Shown piece by piece: positions 1 through 9,783 of a stretch of DNA of 64,000 bases. Made by a program: the position numbers and the translations under genes. Position 1 is the first letter of the stretch, and every line of letters begins with the position of its first letter. The stretch is from Vulcanimicrobiota bacterium (GTDB lineage: Bacteria > Vulcanimicrobiota > Vulcanimicrobiia > Vulcanimicrobiales > Vulcanimicrobiaceae): the NCBI GenBank assembly GCA_963771525.1, contig CAVYTL010000001.1:202457-266456 (forward strand), in the 5' to 3' direction. The notes under the pieces were generated by a model, which saw nothing but the letters and a program-made list of their open reading frames with translations, was not told the origin of the DNA and made no database searches.

Positions 1-2
1 CG

Positions 3-230
3 GAAGCCGCGGCGCGCATTCGCGCGGTGCTTTCCGCGGGGCGCGTGCCGCTCGACGAGTCGGTTTCCGTACGCATCGAGCGCGCGGCCGATCCGGCCGA
101 GTGGCGCGCCGCGTTACCCCCGGACGTGCGCGTCGTCGTCGCCGAAGGCCACGAGCGCGACGCATTTGCCGGCCTGCCGCGAACGTCCGCCGCGGGAATC
201 GCGGCGCTGCTGGAGCCAGCGCTGCGATGA
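3..230 (+). CDS. Hypothetical protein, 3' end only (runs off window start)
   Basis: Open frame from the window edge to TGA at 228-230, which overlaps the next ATG (ATGA coupling). Confidence 0.5.
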   Translation, partial: EAAARIRAVLSAGRVPLDESVSVRIERAADPAEWRAALPPDVRVVVAEGHERDAFAGLPRTSAAGIAALLEPALR

Positions 231-2173
231 GATTCCACCGCACGCACGTGCTGCTCGCGCCGTGGAGCACCGGCGCGCCGGTCCTCGATGCTGCGCGGCT
301 CGCCGCCGTACGGATCGAGCCGGTGCGCCGTCAGCGCCGAACGGCGCTGGTCCTCGACCTGTGTCTCGCGGACGGCGCGGCGCTCACCGTGATCCCGACG
401 GTGCTGGTCGACCCCGCCGTTGTCGTCGACCGCGACCGCGATCCGCTCGTGTTCCCGCACAGCACGCCCGGAGGCGATGCGTTCGCGTGCGCGCTCGCGG
501 AACGCGTGCTGCCGCACCTCGAACGCCTCGTGCTCGGCGGCGGTCCGATCGCGGAGCACGTCGCGCGCTTCGCGCCGGCACCGGCGTTCGACGCGGCGCG
601 CGCCGCCGGATGCTTCGGCGCGGCGCTGTTGCGAGACACGCTCGCGCGCCTCGCGCCGTACCGGTACGCGCGCCGGTTCGTGCGCGGGCGCAGCGTCCGC
701 ATCGACGCCCCGGACGCGCTCGGCGGATGGCGCATGCTGCACGACGCGGCCGCGGTGGGCGTCGTCCCCCGGCGCCGGAACGCCGTGGAGCGCGCTTGGT
801 ACGGCGAAGCGCCGGACGCCTCGGCGCGCGCCGACGTCGCGATCGTCGGACGCGACGCGGAGGCGGGTGACGCCGCCTGCGTCGTGCGCCTCGATGCCGA
901 CGCCGGGACGTGGAGCGGGCCGTTGTTCGATGTCGTCGATCCGCTGCCGCTCGACGTCGCGATCTCGTTCGATCCCGCCGAAGGGCCGGCACGGCGGTGG
1001 TTCGCCGTCGAGCGCGTCCCCGAACTCCCGCAGCCGCCCGGCGCGAGCGCGACGTCCGGCGGCGGGACGTCGAGCGGGCGGATCGCGGTCGTGCTCGGAC
1101 GCAACGATGCGGCGCGAGCGCCGTCCGCGGACACCGACGAAGCATCGGCGCTCGTCGCCGCGCTGCGCGGCGAAGGCTTCGATGCGCAGGTGCGCGCCGC
1201 CGCCGCGGCGGTCGACGGCGTCGACCTCGTGCACGTGCTCGGGGTGCGTGACGGGACGCTCGCACGCGGGGCCGTCGACGCGGCGCGTCGCGCCGGCGTG
1301 CCGGTCGCGGTGCACGCCTATCACGAAGATGCGGACGGCGGCGGCTGGTGGGGTGCCGGCGTGACGCGCCACTGCTTCGAGTACGGCTCCGACGACCGCG
1401 ACGTCGTGAGCTATCTCGCCATGCTCGCGCGGCGCGCCGTCGCGGTCGGCGATGCGCGCGGCGACGTTCCGTACGCCCCGCCCGGCGCCGCTCTCGACGA
1501 CGCGCACGCCGCGCTGCGCGACGCTTCGGTCGTGTTCGCGGCCACGGAAGAAGAGGCCGGCGCGATTCGCCGCCGCACCGGGCGGGCGGGACCGATCGAG
1601 GTCGTTCCGCCCGTCGTGCCGCCGCGGGATGCGGAGGCGGTCGCCGCGCTCGCTGGGACCGACCCGTTCGTTCTCGCGCACGCGCCGATCGGGCCGGTCG
1701 GCAACCAGCTGCTGCTCGCGCGGTGCGCGGCGGACGCGGGTGTGCCCCTCGTCCTCACCGGTCCCGTCGTCGACGCATCGTATCTCGAGCGCGTGCGCGA
1801 GTTCGGCGGCGCCGATCTCGTCGTGCTTGCCGGCGAACCGCCGCCCCGTGTCGCCGCGGGGCTCCGCGCGGCCGCGGCGGTCGTCGCCGACGCCGCATGG
1901 CTCGGGGACGGGGGCGCCCGGCTCGCCGCGGCCGCGCTCGCCGGCGCGCTCCTCGTGGTTTCCGACCGCCGCCCCCTCCGCGTGCCGGCGCCGGCGCCGC
2001 GCCGGTTCGACCCGGCTGACGCGGGCGCGCTCGCGCGGGCGCTCGGCGAGGCCTGGGACGAGGCGCTCCGCTCCCCTCGCCGCGCGACGCCGGACGAAGC
2101 GGAGGGGTTCACGGCGGCGGCGGCGCTGCGGGCGATCGTGCGGGGCTATGCGGGGGTCGCGGCCGCGCCGTGA
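227..2173 (+). CDS. Glycosyltransferase-like protein (divergent GT-B/GT4-like C-terminal half, unknown N-terminal half)
   Basis: ATG 227 coupled to upstream stop; C-terminal half has GT4-like segments (VDLVHV, IEVVPP, PFV...IGPVGNQLLL, VPLVLTG, RFDPADAGALARAL); next to flagellar genes. Confidence 0.6.
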   Translation: MRFHRTHVLLAPWSTGAPVLDAARLAAVRIEPVRRQRRTALVLDLCLADGAALTVIPTVLVDPAVVVDRDRDPLVFPHSTPGGDAFACALAERVLPHLERLVLGGGPIAEHVARFAPAPAFDAARAAGCFGAALLRDTLARLAPYRYARRFVRGRSVRIDAPDALGGWRMLHDAAAVGVVPRRRNAVERAWYGEAPDASARADVAIVGRDAEAGDAACVVRLDADAGTWSGPLFDVVDPLPLDVAISFDPAEGPARRWFAVERVPELPQPPGASATSGGGTSSGRIAVVLGRNDAARAPSADTDEASALVAALRGEGFDAQVRAAAAAVDGVDLVHVLGVRDGTLARGAVDAARRAGVPVAVHAYHEDADGGGWWGAGVTRHCFEYGSDDRDVVSYLAMLARRAVAVGDARGDVPYAPPGAALDDAHAALRDASVVFAATEEEAGAIRRRTGRAGPIEVVPPVVPPRDAEAVAALAGTDPFVLAHAPIGPVGNQLLLARCAADAGVPLVLTGPVVDASYLERVREFGGADLVVLAGEPPPRVAAGLRAAAAVVADAAWLGDGGARLAAAALAGALLVVSDRRPLRVPAPAPRRFDPADAGALARALGEAWDEALRSPRRATPDEAEGFTAAAALRAIVRGYAGVAAAP

Positions 2174-2180
2174 CGCGTCC

Positions 2181-2208
2181 TAAATCCCCCCGGAAGGGCG
2201 TCCGATAG
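2181..2208 (+). promoter_or_regulatory. sigma28 (FliA/SigD)-type promoter
   Basis: TAAA(2181-2184)-N16-TCCGATAG(2201-2208) matches TAAA-N15/16-GCCGATAW and lies directly upstream of flaG-fliD-fliS. Confidence 0.8.
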
Positions 2209-2234
2209 TCGAGATGAGGAGGGTTTCGACGAAC

Positions 2235-2576
2235 ATGGACGTTCATTCGATCGACGCGACGCTGCCCGCGAGCAGCGCAGCCGCGTCGTCTGTCGGCACG
2301 CTGCAGGCATTTCCGGCGAGCGCGGACTCGCCGAAGACGGCGGCGGCGCCGCCGCATGCGGACGACGGCACGCTGCACGAGGCGCTCTCTCAACTCGTGG
2401 GTGGCGGGTCGAAGGTGTCGGTTCAGTACAAGGTCATCGAGCCCAACGAGATCGTCACGGTGTTCACCAACGCCGAGACCGGTCAGGTCATCACGCAGTT
2501 TCCGTCCGAGGCGATGGTGCAGATCGCGCAGTTCTTCAACAAGCTCGCCGGCGCCGTCGTCGATCGGACCGCATAG
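2235..2576 (+). CDS. flaG: FlaG-family flagellar protein
   Basis: GAGGAGG RBS before ATG 2235; C-terminal V..NAETGQVITQFPSE...GAVVDRTA FlaG pattern; precedes fliD. Confidence 0.75.
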   Translation: MDVHSIDATLPASSAAASSVGTLQAFPASADSPKTAAAPPHADDGTLHEALSQLVGGGSKVSVQYKVIEPNEIVTVFTNAETGQVITQFPSEAMVQIAQFFNKLAGAVVDRTA

Positions 2577-2579
2577 CAC

Positions 2580-4625
2580 GTGAGCGGCATCGGTTCGGCC
2601 CAGACCTCGTCGAGCTCGGGATCGAGCGGAAGCAACGTGCAGTACGGCACGAACGTTCCGCCGATCTCGTTCCCGGGCATCGCGTCCGGCATCGACTACA
2701 ACTCGATCATCGACAAGTACACCTCGCTGACGCTGGCGCAGGAGACGCCGCTTCAGAATCAGGTCACCTCGCTGAACGCGCAGCAGGCCGAGCTGCTCAA
2801 GATCCAAGACCTGCTCGCGAAGTACCAGGACACGTTCCAGGCGATCAGCGATCCGTCGAACTTCAACGCGACGACGCCGACGTCGTCGAACGGCACGGCG
2901 ATCGCCGCAGCGTCCGAGTCGGGAGTCGTCGCGACGCCGGGCAGCTACGTCATCGATCAGGCCAGCCTCGCGACGGCGACCCAGTTCACGAACGACCCGG
3001 CGGCGAACGGCGCGTTCAGTCAGACGGCGACGCTGGTGAACGCGGGCGCCTCGATCACGCCGAGCAACGGTTCGGCAACGACGGGCCTGATCACGATCAA
3101 CGGCCTGCAGCTCTCGTACGACGTCAACTCGACGACGCTCCAGAGCTTCATCACGACGAACGCCGCCGCGCTTTCGTCCGTCGGCGTGACGATGACCTAC
3201 AACGCCGCGACGCAGCAGGTGACGGTCTCTTCGACGCGCCCGCTCACGCTCGGCTCTGCGAGCGACAGCGGAAACCTGCTGTCCGTGCTCAAGCTCGATA
3301 CGGCGCAAATCACGCAGGGCGGCGGCACCTACACCGCGACCAGCACGTCGGCGATCGGCGGCATCAACGTCGGCGCGGTGTTCGATACGGGCCAGAACGC
3401 CGGCTTCGCGACCGCCGTCACGAGCGGCGAGTTCTCGATCAACGGGGTCGCATTCAAGGTCGACAGCACGACGAACAACTTGAACGACGTGCTGCAGGAG
3501 ATCAACGGGTCGTCCGCCGGCGTGATCGCGACCTACGATCAAGCCAACGACCGCATCGTGTTGACCGCGAAGGCCGACGGTCCACAGGGCATCACGCTCG
3601 GCTCCAGCGGCGACACGTCGAACTTTCTTCAGGCTGCCGGCTTTCTGGCGAACGCCACGCAGCCGAACCAGCTCAGCGCCGGCGCGACCGAGCAGGTCGG
3701 CAGCGCGGCGAAGATCGTGTACACGGACGCCGCCGGCACGCAGCACACGGTGTTCAGCAACAGCAACACCGTCACGAACGTGGTCCCGGGCGTCAGCCTG
3801 ACGCTGAAGCAGGCCGTCGACGGCACGACGATCGTGCCGGTCACGATCAGCGTCGCGCAGGACAGCACGGCGCTGCAGACCGCGATCAACAACTGGGTCA
3901 CCGCGTACAACGCGGTGATCGACGAGATCAACACCGCCACCCAAGCGCCCGTCGTCGGAACGTCGACGAACTCGTCGACCGGACAAACGACCGGGACGCA
4001 GCTGACCGGCGGCGGCGTGCTGTTCAACAACCAAGAAGTGATGGACATCAAGGACCAACTGGTCAGCTTGGTGTCGGGCTACTTGAACACGGGCTCGTCG
4101 TCGTACAATTCCCTCTCCTCGATCGGCCTCTCGCTCGACAACTCGTTCACGCAAGGCCAGGCGACGTCCGACGACAGCTCCGACACCGCGTCGCAGACGT
4201 CGGTCCAGCAGCAGCAGTTCGACGGCACCAGCGGCCGGCTGCAGGGGCTGGACGTCTCGGCGCTGACGAGCGCGCTCGCCGCGGACCCGAACGCCGTCTC
4301 CGCGCTGTTCACCGGTCAGAGCAGCGTCGTCACGCAGATGGGCGCATACCTGACCACGGTCGCCGGGCTGCCGACGCAGCTCACGAACGGAATCGCGGGG
4401 ACGATTCCGACGCAGTCGCTGCTCGCGACGCTGCAGTCGGAGAACCAAGACGAGATCAGCTCGCTGCAGCAGCAGATCACGCTCGTTACCAATCAGGCCA
4501 ACATGCAAGCGGACCAGCTGCGCCAAGAGTTCACCAACAGCGAGACGCAGATCGCGCAACTGCAGGCGATGCAGGGCTCGCTCGGCGCGCTCGGCATCAC
4601 GACGTCGAGCTCCTCTAGCGGATGA
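2580..4625 (+). CDS. fliD: Flagellar filament cap protein FliD (HAP2)
   Basis: N-terminal GIASGID motif, VVPGVSLTLK, WVTAYNAVID, LSSIGLS, C-terminal coiled coil; between flaG and fliS. Confidence 0.93.
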   Translation: MSGIGSAQTSSSSGSSGSNVQYGTNVPPISFPGIASGIDYNSIIDKYTSLTLAQETPLQNQVTSLNAQQAELLKIQDLLAKYQDTFQAISDPSNFNATTPTSSNGTAIAAASESGVVATPGSYVIDQASLATATQFTNDPAANGAFSQTATLVNAGASITPSNGSATTGLITINGLQLSYDVNSTTLQSFITTNAAALSSVGVTMTYNAATQQVTVSSTRPLTLGSASDSGNLLSVLKLDTAQITQGGGTYTATSTSAIGGINVGAVFDTGQNAGFATAVTSGEFSINGVAFKVDSTTNNLNDVLQEINGSSAGVIATYDQANDRIVLTAKADGPQGITLGSSGDTSNFLQAAGFLANATQPNQLSAGATEQVGSAAKIVYTDAAGTQHTVFSNSNTVTNVVPGVSLTLKQAVDGTTIVPVTISVAQDSTALQTAINNWVTAYNAVIDEINTATQAPVVGTSTNSSTGQTTGTQLTGGGVLFNNQEVMDIKDQLVSLVSGYLNTGSSSYNSLSSIGLSLDNSFTQGQATSDDSSDTASQTSVQQQQFDGTSGRLQGLDVSALTSALAADPNAVSALFTGQSSVVTQMGAYLTTVAGLPTQLTNGIAGTIPTQSLLATLQSENQDEISSLQQQITLVTNQANMQADQLRQEFTNSETQIAQLQAMQGSLGALGITTSSSSSG

Positions 4626-5047
4626 CCGTCACCGGCGCGAACCTGCGCTACCTCGAAGCCTCCATCACGTCCGCGAGCCCCGAGGAGCTGATCATCCGCG
4701 TCTACGACGCGCTGCTGCTCTTCGCGCGCCAGGCGATCGACGTCATGGAGAACCGTCCCGCCGACATCCAGTCGCGCCACGACCTGCTGCGCCGCGCGCA
4801 GCGCGCGTGCGCGCTGCTGATGGGATCGCTGAAGCTCGACATCGACAGCGAAATCCCCGGCAACCTGTTCCGCATCTACGAGTTCTGGCACCACCAGCTG
4901 GTCGCTGCGAACATGCACGGCGACCCGCAGAAGGTTCGCGACCTGCTGCCGCTGATCGCCGGCATGCGCGAGACCTGGGTCGAGGCGATCAAGCGGTATC
5001 GGGCACTCGGAGTGCCCGGCGCCGAGTTCAGTGCCGTCGTCTGCTGA
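4622..5047 (+). CDS. fliS: Flagellin export chaperone FliS
   Basis: YLEASITSASPEELIIRVYD, NLFRIYEF, L..MRETW motifs; ATGA-coupled to fliD. Confidence 0.92.
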   Translation: MTVTGANLRYLEASITSASPEELIIRVYDALLLFARQAIDVMENRPADIQSRHDLLRRAQRACALLMGSLKLDIDSEIPGNLFRIYEFWHHQLVAANMHGDPQKVRDLLPLIAGMRETWVEAIKRYRALGVPGAEFSAVVC

Positions 5048-5411
5048 TGCGGCGCGCGCCGCGGTTGCGCGCACCATCGTCGCGCTGGAACGTGCGTGCC
5101 TCGACGCCGACGCGGCGTTCGTCGAGCGGCGCTGGCCCGACGTGCAGTCGGCGCTGCGCGCGCAGGTCACGCTGACCGCCGAGCTCGGGCGGCTTTTCGC
5201 GGACGAGCCCGACGTGGCGCCGCCGCAGGACGCCAAGGTCGCGCGCCGCGTGCAGGGCGTGTACGCGTACCGTGAAGAGCAACTGCGGCGCATGCGCGCG
5301 TACCGCGACGACGTGCGCGAACGCTTGCACACGATCGGCAAGATCAACGCGCTCTCGCGCAGCATCGGCCGCCGCGTCCAGCGGATGGGCGTCGTCGACG
5401 GTCAGTTCTAG
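5031..5411 (+). CDS. Small helical flagellar protein, FliT-like by position
   Basis: 126-aa helical ORF overlapping the end of fliS; fliD-fliS-fliT order. Confidence 0.6.
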   Translation: MPSSADAARAAVARTIVALERACLDADAAFVERRWPDVQSALRAQVTLTAELGRLFADEPDVAPPQDAKVARRVQGVYAYREEQLRRMRAYRDDVRERLHTIGKINALSRSIGRRVQRMGVVDGQF

Positions 5412-5420
5412 ACCGCCGCG

Positions 5421-6194
5421 TCACCTCGCCGCGAAGAGGAGCGTCGTCTCGAACGGTTCGTGACGCTCGCCCGCCCGCGCGACGGCCTCGTCGAACGCAA
5501 CCAGCGCCGTGCGCTCGCCGCGTAGCACGATCATGCGCAGCCGGTTCGTCTCCGCGTCGTCTTCCCACCGGGCCGGCGCCGTCGCACCCGACGCGCGGTC
5601 GTAATGCGCGGCCCGCACCCCCGCGTGCAGCAGCACGCGCGCGCCGCTCGCGCGCAGCCGCTCGCAGAGCAGATAGTCTTCGTCGCACTGCCGCACGACG
5701 CGCGCGGCGGGATCGACGTAGAGGTGCGCGGCGAAGTACGGGCGCGTCAGCGCGCGCAGCGCGCTCACGCGCAGCACCACGCAGCCGAAGCCGACGCCGT
5801 CGACCTCGCTGACGGCGCCGGCGGTGAACGCCGGAATCGCGGCGCTCGTCGTGTCGCCGGAGTTCCAGCGCGCGACCGCCATCGGTCGCGCGGAGTCGCG
5901 GCTGTAATACAGCGCGCCGGCGATGGCGGCGGAAGGCTGCGCTTCCAGCGCCGCGACGAGCAGTTCGAGGGCGTCGGCCGGCGCGACGATGTCGTCGTCG
6001 ATCATCGCGAGCAGGTCGAATCCGCGGTCGAGCGCGTCGCGCACGATCATCTCGCGCTGCGCGGGCACGAAGTTGCCGCTCCACACGAGCCGGTCCGCTT
6101 CGCCGACGCTCGCGGGCAGGCGCAGCGCGGCAAGGGCGTCGAGAAACGGCCGCGCGGGCGACCCGCCCGTCGGGACGCCGATCAGGAGCTTCAC
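5421..6194 (-). CDS. GT-A fold glycosyltransferase (family 2-like)
   Basis: GTG 6194 overlaps upstream stop; LLIGVPT, MIDDDIV (DxD), VDGVGFGCVVL, EDYLLCERL. Confidence 0.8.
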   Translation of the reverse strand: MKLLIGVPTGGSPARPFLDALAALRLPASVGEADRLVWSGNFVPAQREMIVRDALDRGFDLLAMIDDDIVAPADALELLVAALEAQPSAAIAGALYYSRDSARPMAVARWNSGDTTSAAIPAFTAGAVSEVDGVGFGCVVLRVSALRALTRPYFAAHLYVDPAARVVRQCDEDYLLCERLRASGARVLLHAGVRAAHYDRASGATAPARWEDDAETNRLRMIVLRGERTALVAFDEAVARAGERHEPFETTLLFAAR

Positions 6195-7924
6195 CGAACG
6201 GCTTCGCGCAGCGCGGCGACGAGCGCGCGGCCCGCCTCGTGGAGCGTCGGATCGTCGGCCGTCAGCGGATCGTAGCCGCGGTCGACGGCGCGCCGGACGG
6301 TCACGCGCATCAGCCACGCGCCTGCGGCGACGCGGTACGCGGCGAGCGCGTCGCGCACGACGGCGGTCGCCTCGTACGGCGCCCCGTCGACGGCGCGCGG
6401 CGCGACGGCGAGCAGTACCTGCGCGCCGCGCAGGAACGGATCGGGCAGATTGCGCGCGAGCAGGTTGCGCAGCGCTTCGAGGTCGCGCGCGTCGAAGCGC
6501 GCGACGAGCAGCGCGCCTTCGTACGGGATCTCTTCGTGCGCGGCAGTCGCCCCGGGCGCGATCAGCGCGAGCGTCTCCGCCGTCACGACCGGCGGCGTCG
6601 GCCGGTTCATCCGCGCCGCGACGAGTGCACGCGGCAGCGCCGCCGCGACGGATCGCGCGAAGGCGGAGACGCCGAGTGCGCGCCCGAGCGGGCCGTCCGC
6701 CGCGGCGATCGACGACAGGAGCGCGAGCGCCGCGAGACCGTGGGGCACGGCGCCGATGAAGACGCGCTCGAGCGCACGGACCTCGTCCGCGTCGAGCACG
6801 CGCGCGAGCACGGCCGGCTCGGGCGGGGCGAGGGGCTCCGCCGCCGGCTCGGGCTCGGGCGCGACCTCCGCCGCTTCGGCCTCGCCTTCATGCGACGCGG
6901 CCGCGGCGAGGTGTTCCGCGGCTTGCGGCTCGCCCGCGAGCTCCGGCTCGGGCCCCCGCTCCGGCTGCGGCGGGCTCGGTTCGAGCTCGGCCTCAGGCGC
7001 CGCCTCGAGCTCGTCCTCGGCTTCCGCTGCGGCCGGCTCCGGCTCGGGGACGGGCTTCTGCGGCGGCTCGGGCTCGCGCGCTGCCGGCTCCGGCTCCGGC
7101 GCCGCTCGAGGAGGCTCGGGAGCCGGCTGCGGCGCGATGAGGTGCGCCGGGAGCTTGAAGCTGGGGGGTGCGGCCAGCACGGGCCATTCCGCGGTATCCG
7201 GCTCGAGCGCAGCGGCCGCCCGCGCGACCTCGGGCTCGGGCAGCGCCGGCTCGCCGACGACGACGTCGACGGCGTGCACCGGTTCCGCGGCCGCCGCCGC
7301 GTCGTCGTCCGCCGACTCTCCGGCTTCGAGCTCGAAGAACGGCCGGGGTGCGTCGAATGCGGCGTGCCCTTCGCGGCGCGTGAGCCGCAGCGCGGGCCCG
7401 CTCACGGCCGGCACGCCGGGCGAGGCCGCATGCGCCGACACGTCGAGCGCCTCCGTGCCCGGTTGCACGCGGATGGTGAACCGCAGGCGCACGAAGCTCG
7501 CCGCGGGGATCGTGCCGATGCGCAGGCCTTCGGCCAGGAGCGCGTCGCCGTCGACGGCGACGTCGTCGCGCGTGAAGGAGCCGGCGATCGGATCGGCGCC
7601 GGGCGGTACCGAGACGCGCACGGTGACGTCGTCGGCGTCGGTGTCCCCGTCGTCCGCGATCTCGACGACGACCGTGACGACGGCACCGGGGATCAGCCCG
7701 TGGTTCGGTCGCGCATCGACGACGAGCCGCAGCATGGCGCCGCGCGGCGTGGCGAGCGGCACGCCGTCGCCGAGCATCGACTCGGGGCCGAAGCGCGCCG
7801 GCATCGCCGACGGCGGGCTCACCGGGGGCGCGAGGCCGAGCTCTTCACGACGGCGGCGTTCGAGAAGCCGCGTGTCCGCGTTGCGGTCGAACAGCTCGTC
7901 GAGGTCGACCTCGCGCGGCGTCAT
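6191..7924 (-). CDS. Hypothetical protein: DUF11/Ig-like domain, Pro/Glu-rich linker, helical C-terminal domain
   Basis: ATG 7924 coupled to the ATPase stop; PGAVVTVVVEIADDGDTDADDVTVRVSVPPG resembles DUF11; PEPEP low-complexity tract at about 6830-7330. Confidence 0.7.
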   Translation of the reverse strand: MTPREVDLDELFDRNADTRLLERRRREELGLAPPVSPPSAMPARFGPESMLGDGVPLATPRGAMLRLVVDARPNHGLIPGAVVTVVVEIADDGDTDADDVTVRVSVPPGADPIAGSFTRDDVAVDGDALLAEGLRIGTIPAASFVRLRFTIRVQPGTEALDVSAHAASPGVPAVSGPALRLTRREGHAAFDAPRPFFELEAGESADDDAAAAAEPVHAVDVVVGEPALPEPEVARAAAALEPDTAEWPVLAAPPSFKLPAHLIAPQPAPEPPRAAPEPEPAAREPEPPQKPVPEPEPAAAEAEDELEAAPEAELEPSPPQPERGPEPELAGEPQAAEHLAAAASHEGEAEAAEVAPEPEPAAEPLAPPEPAVLARVLDADEVRALERVFIGAVPHGLAALALLSSIAAADGPLGRALGVSAFARSVAAALPRALVAARMNRPTPPVVTAETLALIAPGATAAHEEIPYEGALLVARFDARDLEALRNLLARNLPDPFLRGAQVLLAVAPRAVDGAPYEATAVVRDALAAYRVAAGAWLMRVTVRRAVDRGYDPLTADDPTLHEAGRALVAALREAVR

Positions 7925-8886
7925 CGCAGGCGGAAGGCCTCCAGCCAGGGCAGCCACCAGCTCCGCGCGCGTGCCGCGGCGGCGGGTGCGGCCGGTTCCG
8001 CGACGGCGCCGTTCGTCGCCGCGACGCTCTGCGGCAAGCCGGCCGCGGCGGCCGGCGCCGGCGTTACGGCGAGACCGCGAATGCGCGCGGCGGCTTCCGC
8101 GTCGGTGCGCGTCGCGCGCGGCCGGCTGAACGCGGCCGCCTCGCGCAGCGTCGCGTGCGCCAGCGTGAGGAGCCGCCGGGGCGTGCCGCCGGCGGCGCAC
8201 GCGATCGCATCGAGCACCTCGTCGTCGAACACCGCCGTGAGCTGCACGTCGCCCGCGCGCGCGATGCGGTATGCGATCAGCGCGCGCGCTTCGTTGTCGT
8301 CGAGTGGGCCGAGCTCGTACCATTCGTCGACACGGTCCGCGAGGTTGCGGCGCGCCTCGACGCGCGGCCGCAATTCGCTCTGGCCGAACAGCACGATGTT
8401 GAGGAGCTTGCGCTGCGGCACGTCGTAGTTCAGCAGCAGGCGCAGCACCTCGAAGATGTCGTCGCTCGCGTTCTGCGCTTCGTCGACCAGGAGCGCGATC
8501 GTGAGGCCGTCGAGCACCGCGGCGTCGTACAGGTAGTTCTTCAGCGCGTTCTTCAACGCGGCCGGCGAGCGCGGGGGAAGCGCGAGGCCGAACGAGCGCG
8601 CGACGCCGAGCAGGAACTCCGTCTCGGTTGCGAACGACGGGTCGAGGATCTTGCCGAGGCGCACGTCGTCGCGTCCGAGCAGCTCGCGCTCGGTCTGCGC
8701 CATCAGGCTCGTCTTTCCGGTGCCGGGCTCGCCGACGACGATCTGCAGCCCGCGCGACTCGAGCACGCCGCCGACGAGGCGGTCGCGAGCGCGCGCGAGG
8801 GCCGGCGTCGTCCGGTAGAAGTGCGGATCCGCAGTGTCGAGGAACGGATCGCGCTCCAACCCGAAGTGCCGGTAATACGGGGTCAT
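7921..8886 (-). CDS. ExeA/GspA-family AAA ATPase
   Basis: YYRHFGLERDPF N-terminus, Walker A GEPGTGKT, Walker B LLVDEAQ, IVLFGQSEL, GTPRRL. Confidence 0.9.
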   Translation of the reverse strand: MTPYYRHFGLERDPFLDTADPHFYRTTPALARARDRLVGGVLESRGLQIVVGEPGTGKTSLMAQTERELLGRDDVRLGKILDPSFATETEFLLGVARSFGLALPPRSPAALKNALKNYLYDAAVLDGLTIALLVDEAQNASDDIFEVLRLLLNYDVPQRKLLNIVLFGQSELRPRVEARRNLADRVDEWYELGPLDDNEARALIAYRIARAGDVQLTAVFDDEVLDAIACAAGGTPRRLLTLAHATLREAAAFSRPRATRTDAEAAARIRGLAVTPAPAAAAGLPQSVAATNGAVAEPAAPAAAARARSWWLPWLEAFRLR

Positions 8887-8942
8887 CCGGCCCGGGCACT
8901 TCGGCACGCCGGCGGCGCGTCTCTGCCGGCAGGCAAGCGGCT

Positions 8943-8969
8943 TCGGGAAGCGGCCCGGTCTGCCGATAT
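8943..8969 (+). promoter_or_regulatory. Possible sigma28-type promoter for rfbF
   Basis: Exact GCCGATAT -10 at 8962-8969; -35 is poor (TCGG at 15-nt spacing). Confidence 0.4.
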
Positions 8970-9009
8970 GTAACAGGATGCACAGTGTCCCCGCGCGGTG
9001 GGGCGCCCG

Positions 9010-9783
9010 GTGAAGGCCGTCATCCTCGCCGGCGGCCTCGGCACGCGGATCAGCGAGGAGACCACGACGCGCCCGAAGCCGATGATCGAGATCGGCGGGC
9101 GCCCGGTGCTCTGGCACATCATGAAGACGTACTCCGCGCACGGCATCAACGATTTCGTCGTGTGCTGCGGCTACAAGAGCTACGTCGTGAAAGAATACTT
9201 CGCGAACTACGCGCTGCACGCGTCCGACGTGACGTTCGACATGCGCGACCGCTCGATGCGCGTGCACAACTCCGCGGTCGAGCCATGGTGCGTGACGCTG
9301 GTCGACACCGGCGACGAGACGATGACGGGCGGCCGTCTGCGCCGCGTGCGCGACTACCTGGACGGCGAGCAGACGTTCTGCTTCACGTACGGCGACGGTC
9401 TCTCCGACGTCGACGTGCGCGCTTCGATCGCGCACCATCAGTCGTCCGGCGCGATCGCGACGATGACGACGGTGCAGCCCCCGGGCCGCTTCGGTGCGGT
9501 GCGGCTCGAAGAGGCGAAGATCGTCGCGTTCGACGAGAAGCCGCAGGGTGACGGCGCCTGGATCAACGGCGGGTACTTCGTGCTCTCGCCCGGCGTGTTC
9601 GACTACCTCGCCGGCGACGACACCATCTGGGAACGGGACCCGCTGGAACGTCTCGCCGCCGGCGGCAAGCTCTCGGCTTTCGTGCACCGCGGCTTCTGGC
9701 ATCCGATGGACACGCTGCGGGACAAGACGCTGCTGGAGGATCTGTGGTCGAGCGGGCGGGCGCCCTGGAAGGTCTGGGCGTGA
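9010..9783 (+). CDS. rfbF: Glucose-1-phosphate cytidylyltransferase
   Basis: [55 protein letters not shown]. Confidence 0.96.
   Translation: MKAVILAGGLGTRISEETTTRPKPMIEIGGRPVLWHIMKTYSAHGINDFVVCCGYKSYVVKEYFANYALHASDVTFDMRDRSMRVHNSAVEPWCVTLVDTGDETMTGGRLRRVRDYLDGEQTFCFTYGDGLSDVDVRASIAHHQSSGAIATMTTVQPPGRFGAVRLEEAKIVAFDEKPQGDGAWINGGYFVLSPGVFDYLAGDDTIWERDPLERLAAGGKLSAFVHRGFWHPMDTLRDKTLLEDLWSSGRAPWKVWA

Noticed and set aside
7921-8886. Type II secretion system or Tn7/Mu-type transposition ATPase
   Set aside because: No gsp structural genes, transposase or terminal repeats in the window
6191-8983. 930-aa ORF as a single protein
   Set aside because: The part upstream of 7924 overlaps the ATPase in another frame; the coupled ATG at 7924 is the plausible start
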